Positions 1-6,520 of a DNA stretch of 11,955 nucleotides are shown in pieces. The notes beneath the pieces are model-generated. The model did not search any database. It was not told the DNA's origin and saw only the letters and a list, made by a program, of their open reading frames with translations. The translations under genes and the position numbers were made by a program. The DNA is from a candidate division WOR-3 bacterium (lineage in GTDB: Bacteria > Hydrothermota > Hydrothermia > JBDRYB01): NCBI GenBank assembly GCA_049969615.1, contig JBMFOM010000063.1:1-11955 (forward strand), given 5' to 3'. Each line of letters starts with the position of its first letter. Within the stretch, counting starts at the first letter, position 1.

Positions 1-1
1 C

Positions 2-73
2 AAGGCGGCCCTCGCCAGGAAACTGGTTGACCTCGTCTTCACAGTCCTCACTACGGGGGTCTATTATGAATAA
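2..73 (+). CDS. C-terminal end of a probable IS110-family transposase/recombinase (5'-truncated by window edge)
   Basis: Frame 2 reads KAALARKLVDLVFTVLTTGVYYE-TAA(71-73). This fits the typical IS110 C-terminal pattern A-x-A-R-K-L-(hydrophobic helix)-L-x-x-G-x-x-Y. It is too short for the ORF track, and only 23 residues are visible. Confidence 0.62.
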   Translation, partial: KAALARKLVDLVFTVLTTGVYYE

Positions 74-77
74 AATA

Positions 78-186
78 GAGGCTGTCTCACAATACGATTT
101 TTTGATGCCCCTCAATTCTAAGAATGAGGCCCGGAGCGGATCTTATCTGAGACAACTTCTCAATAACCCTATTCTGGGACAGGCTC
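78..186. repeat. Inverted-repeat (MITE/REP-like) element, family 2 (GAGGCTGTCTC-type ends)
   Basis: Left arm 78-102 GAGGCTGTCTCACAATACGATTTTT matches the reverse complement of 162-186 at 19/25 ungapped. A second internal right arm at 141-159 (TCTTATCTGAGACAACTTC) also pairs with it. A further arm occurs at 8383-8402. Confidence 0.6.
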
Positions 187-287
187 AATATTGGAGGGTT
201 GATAAAGTAAGAGTCTGTTCAAAGAGATCACCAGAATCCGGTTCGGATGATAAAGGAAAGAAATAGCACGAGTCCAAGATAAACTCA

Positions 288-449
288 ATGATCGTGGTGG
301 CCGCGGATCTCCCCGGCGTGGAAACTGATGCTGATGTTGTTCTATCAGAGCCTATTGTCTTCAGCTTGCCGGACGACCTCTGGCTACGCATACACCCCGC
401 TAAGACCGTCAGGCGCTGGTTTGTCGTGTTCACGGGCCAACTTGGATAG
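288..449 (+). CDS. Possible 53-aa small ORF or gene remnant (MIVVAADLPGVETDADVVLSEPIVFSLPDDLWLRIHPAKTVRRWFVVFTGQLG)
   Basis: ATG288..TAG449, immediately followed by a hairpin plus TTT. No clear SD and no recognisable family. Confidence 0.2.
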   Translation: MIVVAADLPGVETDADVVLSEPIVFSLPDDLWLRIHPAKTVRRWFVVFTGQLG

Positions 450-473
450 CCCCTGGCACCCCGTCAGGGGTTT
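450..473 (+). terminator. Possible weak intrinsic terminator
   Basis: CCCCTG(450-455)-9 nt loop-CAGGGG(465-470)-TTT. The U tract is short. A second hairpin TTCCCA/TGGGAA lies at 485-504, just downstream of the rnfA stop. Confidence 0.25.
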
Positions 474-520
474 CGCTAGCCAGCTTCCCACGAGGCGTTG
501 GGAATTATCCCGATGATATT

Positions 521-1102
521 CTAGCTGGAGCCTATCATCCCCGCGAAGCCCATGAACGCCAAGGCGAGCAATCCCGCTATTATCAGGGTTATGCCTGCCC
601 CCCTGAGGGGTTTCGGCACGTCCGCGAGGTCAAGCTCCTCCCTTATGCCCGCCATGATGAGAAGAGCTATAGTGAATCCAAGTCCCGCGCCAACGCCGAA
701 TACCAGGGCCTCAAGGAAGTTGTACTGCCTTAGGGAGGCAAAGAGGGCCATTCCCAATATGGCGCAGTTGGTCGTTATCAAAGGGAGATATATTCCCAAA
801 GCCTGATAAAGGGGCGGAACCGCCTTTTTCAAGAACATTTCAACGAACTGCACCATGGACGCGATGACCAGGATGAACGCGACATATTCAAGAAATGGCA
901 GGCCAAAGGGCAGCAGGAAATAGTGCTTTATCAGCCAGGTAACTATCGCGGTTATGGTCATCACGAAGGTCACGGCGAAACCCATGCCAATGGCAGATGA
1001 CGTCCGGCCCGAAACCCCGAGGAACGGGCATATTCCCAGGAAATACGAGAGGACGAAGTTGTTGACCACCGCAGCGGCTATGAAGATGGCTATCAGGTTC
1101 AT
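521..1102 (-). CDS. rnfA: Rnf electron transport complex subunit A (193 aa)
   Basis: NNFVLSYFLGICPFLGVS, LGIYLPLITTNCAILG and IREEL..ADVP motifs. True start is MNLIAIF at 1102 (SD AAGGAGG; ATGA overlap with the rnfE stop), not 1279. Confidence 0.96.
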   Translation of the reverse strand: MNLIAIFIAAAVVNNFVLSYFLGICPFLGVSGRTSSAIGMGFAVTFVMTITAIVTWLIKHYFLLPFGLPFLEYVAFILVIASMVQFVEMFLKKAVPPLYQALGIYLPLITTNCAILGMALFASLRQYNFLEALVFGVGAGLGFTIALLIMAGIREELDLADVPKPLRGAGITLIIAGLLALAFMGFAGMIGSS

Positions 1103-1701
1103 CCTGTCCTCCTTATGATGAGTTTCTGTAGGCCGACAAAAACTCCGAGGGTTATGAACGCGCCCGGCGGTAGGATCATCACTATCCAGGGTGCGAACCA
1201 GTCGCCGAGGACCCGGAAACCCGCGAGTGTCCCAAAACCGAGCAGTTCTCTGACCGCTCCCAGGAGAATCAGGACCCATGTGAACCCCAAGGACATGCCA
1301 AACGCGTCAATGACCGACTTCCAGGGGTTATTCTTGGAGGAAAATGCCTCCTGGCGGGCAAGGATGATGCAATTGACTATAATCAGGGGCACGAAGGGTC
1401 CGAGAGCCTTTGATATATCAGGGAACTGGGCACGCAGAAACAGGTCGGCCATGGTCACAAAGGTGGCTATCACGATGATGAAAGAGGGTATGCGCACCTG
1501 GGAAGGAATTATTTTTTTGATCATTGAGATGACCAGGCTACTCATGACGAGGACAAAGAGAACCGCCATTCCCATCGCAAACCCGTTTATCACGGTGTTG
1601 GACACCGCGAGGACGGGGCACATGCCCAGTAGCATTACTAAAACAGGGTTCTCTTTCCAGAGGCCCTTGAGAAACTCATATATTGCCGATCCCTTTTTCA
1701 T
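1099..1701 (-). CDS. rnfE: Rnf complex subunit E (200 aa)
   Basis: ENPVLVMLLGMCPVLAVS, VRIP, LIIVNCIILAR, GAVRELLGFG and LPPGAF motifs. SD GGAGG; ATGA overlap. Confidence 0.96.
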   Translation of the reverse strand: MKKGSAIYEFLKGLWKENPVLVMLLGMCPVLAVSNTVINGFAMGMAVLFVLVMSSLVISMIKKIIPSQVRIPSFIIVIATFVTMADLFLRAQFPDISKALGPFVPLIIVNCIILARQEAFSSKNNPWKSVIDAFGMSLGFTWVLILLGAVRELLGFGTLAGFRVLGDWFAPWIVMILPPGAFITLGVFVGLQKLIIRRTG

Positions 1702-2243
1702 TTCAGAGCCTCCTGGAACTTGGCCAGGCCGTTATTGATGGTCCGGACAACTGCCTTTGACGATATGGTCGCGCCTGTTATGGCGACGATCTGGTTGTCT
1801 GAGGATTTGGCTCCTTTTGTGGCCTCGCATGGCAGAGCGAGACCCGAAAACTGGCCGCGCCAATCCTTCTCAACTATTCTGTTGCCCAAGCCCGGGGTCT
1901 CCACATTGTCCAGGACTATGAGGCCTGTCGCGTGTTTGAAGTCCGGAGTCACGCCGAAGATGAGCTTTATTTTCCCCTGGAAACCCGGCTCCGCGTTCAG
2001 GATAGCGTAGCCAACCAGGTTGCCAGCGTCGTCGTATCCCTTGAAATAACTGCAGTCCCGGTCAATCACAGTTTCCTCCACCTTTGTCGCCCCAGGGATG
2101 ACCTCCCTGGCCGCGAGTTCCTTTGCCCTCTTCTCATTTTCCCCTATCCTCTCTATGGTGGCGTTGTATGTTAGCGCGAGGGAGCCACCCGAGAAAAGCC
2201 CTATTCCGGTGAGAACCAGTGTCATTCTAAGAGCCAACTTCAT
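1698..2243 (-). CDS. rnfG: Rnf complex subunit G (181 aa)
   Basis: N-terminal membrane anchor, GFQGKI, ETPGLG and covalent-FMN motif ITGATISS. SD AAGGAGG. Confidence 0.95.
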   Translation of the reverse strand: MKLALRMTLVLTGIGLFSGGSLALTYNATIERIGENEKRAKELAAREVIPGATKVEETVIDRDCSYFKGYDDAGNLVGYAILNAEPGFQGKIKLIFGVTPDFKHATGLIVLDNVETPGLGNRIVEKDWRGQFSGLALPCEATKGAKSSDNQIVAITGATISSKAVVRTINNGLAKFQEALK

Positions 2244-3325
2244 GAGGAGGCCTCCTTTTTCAAGCCCCTTAAAAAAGCACGGTCCGAAGGAGAATCAGAA
2301 GGAGAGACAACCGGATTTCCTGAGGTCTTTGTCACGGGATTACTCGCTGATTTTTCGCTTTTTCCAGGGGGGCCCGGTTTCTTGAACACACCAAACACCC
2401 TCGGCATGGTGAGCCTGTCAATCCACGGCCTTATGGCGTTCGCCAACAGGATTGAATACATAACTCCCTCTGGCAGGCCGCCAAATAGCCTTATGAGAAC
2501 AACGAGTATTCCGGCTATCGCCCCGAATATCACCCTGCCCAGCTTTGTGACAGGGCTGGTGACCATGTCGGTTATCATGTAGAAAGCGCCGAGCATCAGG
2601 CCGCCGGACATCAGGTGGAACAAGGGGTCTTGGGGGAACCTAGTGGGGTTTATGAGCCAGAATATTCCCCCGAACACGGCCACGGTCGCCAGGTAGCTCA
2701 GTGGCAGCCGCCAATCAACATAGCGGAGTATTATCAGGAAAAGTCCACCAATGATTATCAGCAGGGTTGAAGTCTCACCTATTGAACCAGCGGTGTTGCC
2801 CAGGAAAAGCGAGAGGTGCGGGGTCAGCTTGCCGGAGAACTTTGCGAGGGCAAGCGGGGTAGCGCCCGTGAAAGCGTCCGGTGCGAGAGTGATGGGCTTT
2901 GACCAGGTCGTTGACTGGACAGGGAAAGCGGCCATAAGGAACGCCCTTCCCAGAAGTGCGGGGTTGAATATGTTGTATCCTAGGCCGCCGAAGGCCTGTT
3001 TTCCTATGGCTATCGCGAAGGCCGCGCCTATTATCGCGGCCCACCAAGGGAAAGAAGGCGGCAAGGTCAGCGCCAGGAGGACGCCGGTGATGAGAGCGGA
3101 GCCATCCAGGGAGGCGCGCGGGTCCTTCCTGCGGCAGATCAGGAATATGAGCTCGGTCAGAACGCAGGTGACGGCTGATACAGCTACAAGGATGAGCGGA
3201 TAAAATCCGAAGAAATAGACCGCGGCCGCAACCGGCGGCAGGAGGGATAGCAAGGTCAGATACATCACCCTCCTGGTGTTCTCGGGGGTGAGTATGTGAG
3301 GTGATGAGGTGAGGATGAACTTCAT
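2240..3325 (-). CDS. rnfD: Rnf complex subunit D (361 aa) with extended low-complexity C-terminus
   Basis: SSPHI, KQAFGGLGYNIFNPALLGR, FMN site TGATPL, GSIGETS, TDMVTSP and GGLPEGVMYSILLAN motifs. Confidence 0.96.
   Translation of the reverse strand: MKFILTSSPHILTPENTRRVMYLTLLSLLPPVAAAVYFFGFYPLILVAVSAVTCVLTELIFLICRRKDPRASLDGSALITGVLLALTLPPSFPWWAAIIGAAFAIAIGKQAFGGLGYNIFNPALLGRAFLMAAFPVQSTTWSKPITLAPDAFTGATPLALAKFSGKLTPHLSLFLGNTAGSIGETSTLLIIIGGLFLIILRYVDWRLPLSYLATVAVFGGIFWLINPTRFPQDPLFHLMSGGLMLGAFYMITDMVTSPVTKLGRVIFGAIAGILVVLIRLFGGLPEGVMYSILLANAIRPWIDRLTMPRVFGVFKKPGPPGKSEKSASNPVTKTSGNPVVSPSDSPSDRAFLRGLKKEASS
2264..2375. mobile_element. Probable diverged MITE-like element embedded in-frame in the rnfD 3' end
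   Basis: Inverted arms CCCCTTAAAAAAGC (2265-2278) and GCTTTTTCCAGGGG (2357-2370) are 12/14 complementary. The ends resemble those of the 4820-4931 and 11827-11938 elements and the size is similar. The interior is not clearly alignable. Confidence 0.5.
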
Positions 3326-4650
3326 GCGGTCACCACCTCCCTTTCTTTCTTTATCAGTTTCCAGACCTCAGACTTGCCGTAGCGGATGTGCTGGACAAGG
3401 TGTCTGTGAGCTGGACAAACGTAGGCGCAGGAGCCACACTCTATGCAGTCAAGGACATGATGCTCCCTTGCCCTGTCAAAGAAGCCGGCCTCGGATTCCC
3501 TGGCAATCAGGTATGGCGAGAGGCACATTGGACAAGCCTCAACGCAACTACCACAGCGCAGACACGGCCCCTCTGTGATCTCCGAGGTTTCCCGCGGTGT
3601 CAGAAGCAATATGCCGGAAGTGCATTTTATTACGGGCACCTCGGTTGTCCAGATGGCTATTCCCATAAGCGGCCCTCCGTTAACTATCTTTATTGTGTTA
3701 TCTGACATGCCTCCGGTCTTCTCTATCACATGGGAAAATGGGGTGCCGACCTTCACCAGGTAGTTTCCCGGGCCATTCGCGCCAAGTCCCGAAAGCGTCA
3801 AAACCCTTTCGGTAAGAGGCCGACCAAACCTTACGGCCTCGTATATGGCCTTAGCGGTGCCTACATTCTGCACCAGAACGCCGACATGGAAGGGTAAGCC
3901 ACCAGAGGGAACCTCACGTCCGAGAAGGGCCTTTATGAGGTGCTTTTCAGATCCCTGGGGATATTTGGAGTGCAGGGATGCGACCTCAAACCCGTATGAT
4001 CTCGCGGCCTCCCTCATGGCATTTATCGCGGCCGGCTTGTTGTCCTCTATACCTATTATCACACGTTTTGCACCAGTTGCTTGTTTTATCAGGTGCGCGC
4101 CCCCGACTATGTCTTCCGGAAAGTCGCGCATGAGCCTCTCATCTGCGGTCAGATACGGCTCGCATTCCCCGCCGTTGATTATCACTGTGTCAACGGGAAA
4201 CTCCTTTGGAGGGTTGAGCTTGACATGTGTTGGAAATGCCGCACCGCCCATTCCCACTATGCCGGCCCCCAGAACGCGCTCTCGGATTAGATCCGGTGCC
4301 GCGTCCTCCCAGTTCGGGTCTTCTTTGAATTCCTCAGCCTCGGTTCCATTGACCTCTATCACAACGGATGGAACGAGGTTGGTCTGGGATGGGTGGGGTT
4401 TCTCAAGGATGGACTTGACTGTTCCGGCAACGGGGGAATGCACATTAGCGGAGATATAGCCCTGGGCCTCGCCTATCCGTGTTCCGGCTTTTACCTCAGC
4501 GCCCTTCTCTACGGTGGGCTTTGCTGGTGCGCCGGCGTGTTGGGAAAGCGGAACGACGACTTCTCCGGGAAGCTCAAGGCTCTCCAATGGTTTCTCGGAT
4601 GTCAGCTTTCGGTAAGGGGGGTGAATTCCCCCTTTGAATTTGCCTGCCAT
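3322..4650 (-). CDS. rnfC: Rnf complex subunit C (442 aa)
   Basis: FKGGIHP, HSPVAG, GIVGMGGAAFPTHVK, NGGECEPYLTAD, KYPQGSEK and GGPLMG motifs; two CxxCxxCxxxCP 4Fe-4S motifs. Confidence 0.97.
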   Translation of the reverse strand: MAGKFKGGIHPPYRKLTSEKPLESLELPGEVVVPLSQHAGAPAKPTVEKGAEVKAGTRIGEAQGYISANVHSPVAGTVKSILEKPHPSQTNLVPSVVIEVNGTEAEEFKEDPNWEDAAPDLIRERVLGAGIVGMGGAAFPTHVKLNPPKEFPVDTVIINGGECEPYLTADERLMRDFPEDIVGGAHLIKQATGAKRVIIGIEDNKPAAINAMREAARSYGFEVASLHSKYPQGSEKHLIKALLGREVPSGGLPFHVGVLVQNVGTAKAIYEAVRFGRPLTERVLTLSGLGANGPGNYLVKVGTPFSHVIEKTGGMSDNTIKIVNGGPLMGIAIWTTEVPVIKCTSGILLLTPRETSEITEGPCLRCGSCVEACPMCLSPYLIARESEAGFFDRAREHHVLDCIECGSCAYVCPAHRHLVQHIRYGKSEVWKLIKKEREVVTA

Positions 4651-4659
4651 AGGCCGAGA

Positions 4660-4689
4660 ATTTTAATGCCGCGGCGCGGTAGCATTCAA
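4660..4689 (-). promoter_or_regulatory. Sigma70-type promoter for the rnf operon
   Basis: Minus strand TTGAAT(4689-4684)-18 nt-TAAAAT(4665-4660), 9 nt before the rnfC ATG; no SD. Confidence 0.6.
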
Positions 4690-4763
4690 GCGTTCATGCG
4701 CTTATTCCACGGTTGTATTCTGGTTGACAAAATCACGGGAAAATAAGTTATATAAAGGAGTAA

Positions 4764-4820
4764 ATGGAATTTTTGGTTCCAGAAATTAAGACTGCAGGGA
4801 GAAAACAAAGCGCCTATTAG
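4764..4820 (+). CDS. Possible 18-aa peptide MEFLVPEIKTAGRKQSAY
   Basis: Perfect TTGACA at 4724-4729, AT-rich tract, AAGGAG at 4755-4760, ATG4764..TAG4820. SD spacing is short (3 nt) and the -10 box is ambiguous. Confidence 0.25.
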   Translation: MEFLVPEIKTAGRKQSAY

Positions 4821-4931
4821 GAAACCCCTGAAAACCCCCAGTTTGCCCCTGGTCCCCACCTGGAAGCCTCATCATAGCTGGAAGAGAACCCTGAGTAAAT
4901 GCCCTCGCGGCGGGATTTTTCAGGGGACCCC
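4820..4931. mobile_element. MITE-like element family 1, copy A (112 bp)
   Basis: Perfect inverted repeat CCCCTGAAAA(4825-4834)/TTTTCAGGGG(4917-4926). Flanked by TTA on both sides (4817-4819, 4932-4934). 93/112 ungapped identity to 11827-11938. Confidence 0.85.
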
Positions 4932-5558
4932 TTATTTCACCTTGTATTTCACCGTTAACGTCTTTGTTTCGGGTGTCTCCGAGTAGAACGGCGCTGACCA
5001 GTATATCTTGCCGGCCTTGACCGAGTCCGCGTTGTGCGATGAAACCGTCCCTTCAACATCAAGGACCAGGTTGAACATCGCTGAGGCCAAGAACATGTTC
5101 ACGAACTCGCCCATTGATGCGCTCGCGGAGTCCTCGGAAGTGGCGTTATCAGGCAATTCGGTTGACATCAGGCTATCCTGTTTGAAGATACAGGTGATGG
5201 TGCGGTCCTTGCCGTTTTTGTCCAATTTGAACGAAAACTCATCTCCCTCACCGTTGAAGAACTTGTTGAAGTCCTTAAACGAGTAGTCCGCGGTCATTAC
5301 TATGTTTCCGGCGGCTGTGTCTATCTTCTCGTTGTATTTGAGGAGCTTTGCGCCCCCCTTTCCCTGTCCCATATTTTTGAGAGTGGCCCGCATGTTATCA
5401 AGGGTTGTGTCGGGCTGGCCTCCTTCAGGGGCTAAGTATGGTATGGTTACCACGAATGAGACCTTTCCCGAGCCATCCTTCTTCACGCTCATGTTTATGT
5501 CCATGGTGTAGCAACCTACTACCATAACCAAAGAGCATATCGTCAAAAGCTTCTTCAT
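4932..5558 (-). CDS. Putative lipoprotein, LppM/DUF3153-like (208 aa)
   Basis: MKKLLTICSLVMVVG-C lipoprotein signal followed by xxxDINMSVKKDGSG. C-terminal VSSHNAD..GKIYW pattern. GGAG ~10 nt upstream of ATG5558 (alternative start 5573). The family assignment is from memory of the motif. Confidence 0.75.
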   Translation of the reverse strand: MKKLLTICSLVMVVGCYTMDINMSVKKDGSGKVSFVVTIPYLAPEGGQPDTTLDNMRATLKNMGQGKGGAKLLKYNEKIDTAAGNIVMTADYSFKDFNKFFNGEGDEFSFKLDKNGKDRTITCIFKQDSLMSTELPDNATSEDSASASMGEFVNMFLASAMFNLVLDVEGTVSSHNADSVKAGKIYWSAPFYSETPETKTLTVKYKVK

Positions 5559-5590
5559 CCTAAAAATCTCCATGGGGCTTGTGCCCCTGT

Positions 5591-6262
5591 TTATAGTCCT
5601 ACCCCGACAAAGGTGTATGCCTCGCCAGGGTTGAGAATCACCACCTGGGCCTTTTTGCCGACCAAGCGCTTGAACTCTTCGGGGTCAGCCTCTATCAGGG
5701 GCCAGGTGTTGTAGTGGATGGGTATGACCACGGGGGCTTTTATGAGTTCAACCGCCCTCGCGGCCTGTGCGACATCCATGGTGTATCTTCCCCCTATAGG
5801 GAGTAGAGCAGCATCTGGCCTGAACATCTCGCCGATGAGCGCCATGTCGCCAAAGAGACCCGTGTCCCCGGCGTGATACACCCTCTTTCCGTTTGGCAAT
5901 TCAACCACGCAACCGGTGGGCGCGCCCGACGATGATGTGTGGAAAGCAGGTGTCAGCCAAACCTTTACGCCGTTGGCAGTCACAGGACCGCCGATGTTCA
6001 TGCCCTCTGCCACCAGGCCTTTGGCTTGAGCCTCAACCGCTATCTCGTGCTGGGAGACTATCACCGCGCCAGTCTTTTTGGCTATGGCAAAAGCATCTCC
6101 CAGGTGATCCGCGTGGTCATGGGTCACCACTATGACATCCACCTCCTTGATGTCATTGGGTTTCTCTGTTGCCATGGGGTTGTCCTTCAGAAACGGGTCT
6201 ATGAGCACTGTCTTCCTGCTCTCTATGCGGACAGCCGAATGTCCCAAATACCTCAGTTTCAT
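5591..6262 (-). CDS. Metal-dependent hydrolase, metallo-beta-lactamase fold (UPF0173/UlaG-like, 223 aa)
   Basis: MKLRYLGHS, IDPF, THDHADH (HxHxDH), AFHTS, YHAGDT, LPIGGRYTM and PIHYNTW motifs. SD GAGGAGGT before ATG6262; the upstream ORF extension to 6550 is spurious. Confidence 0.93.
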   Translation of the reverse strand: MKLRYLGHSAVRIESRKTVLIDPFLKDNPMATEKPNDIKEVDVIVVTHDHADHLGDAFAIAKKTGAVIVSQHEIAVEAQAKGLVAEGMNIGGPVTANGVKVWLTPAFHTSSSGAPTGCVVELPNGKRVYHAGDTGLFGDMALIGEMFRPDAALLPIGGRYTMDVAQAARAVELIKAPVVIPIHYNTWPLIEADPEEFKRLVGKKAQVVILNPGEAYTFVGVGL

Positions 6263-6286
6263 CTTTAATACCTCCTCGCGCGTCAA

Positions 6287-6316
6287 AGCATAAGGCCTCC
6301 CATTGGTGTCACGCAA
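6287..6316 (-). promoter_or_regulatory. Candidate sigma70 promoter for hydrolase-lipoprotein unit
   Basis: Minus strand TTGCGT(6316-6311)-18 nt-TATGCT(6292-6287), placing the start just before the SD. Confidence 0.45.
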
Positions 6317-6484
6317 GAACAATACAGGCGCGTGATTCTTTCTGCAAATAGTGTTAGAGTGCTCGTGGCCATTATCATAACTTGAGAAGCCCAATCTTTG
6401 GTCCGAAATTGCCAAACCCTTGCCCCAACTTGGATAGGGCCAGGAGAGTATAGCCGTGGAAAGGATCACGCGGGTCTCAAAAAC

Positions 6485-6514
6485 ATGATACTGCACAGGA
6501 AAATAGGTTATAAT
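6485..6514 (+). promoter_or_regulatory. Promoter for leaderless rhomboid-aroC transcript
   Basis: Perfect TATAAT at 6509-6514, 6 nt before ATG6521. Weak -35 ATGATA(6485-6490) at 18 nt. Confidence 0.6.
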
Positions 6515-6520
6515 TTCAAT

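Noticed and set aside
27..449. ORF 27-266 is in frame with ORF 288-449 across one TAG, suggesting readthrough or pyrrolysine
   Set aside because: 27-266 overlaps the transposase end and runs through repeat DNA. The joined product resembles nothing I recognise, and other genes here use TAG as a normal stop.
290..515. Possible tRNA/tmRNA/other known RNA gene in the spacer
   Set aside because: No T-arm (TTCGA), acceptor stem or CCA end found; only a D-loop-like hairpin, reported separately.
1103..1279. N-terminal extensions in the ORF track for rnfA (also hydrolase 6263-6550, rhomboid 6398-6520, propeller 8448-8483)
   Set aside because: Downstream starts have SD or -10 signals and family-typical N-termini; the extensions overlap other genes or promoters.
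552..4746. Long + strand ORFs opposite the rnf genes (e.g. 1115-1738, 2751-3203, 3845-4459)
   Set aside because: Antisense shadows of well-conserved genes, with no motifs or start signals.
5574..5587. GGGGC-TTGT-GCCCC hairpin between hydrolase and lipoprotein genes
   Set aside because: 5-bp stem without a U tract in the direction of transcription; not supportable as a terminator.
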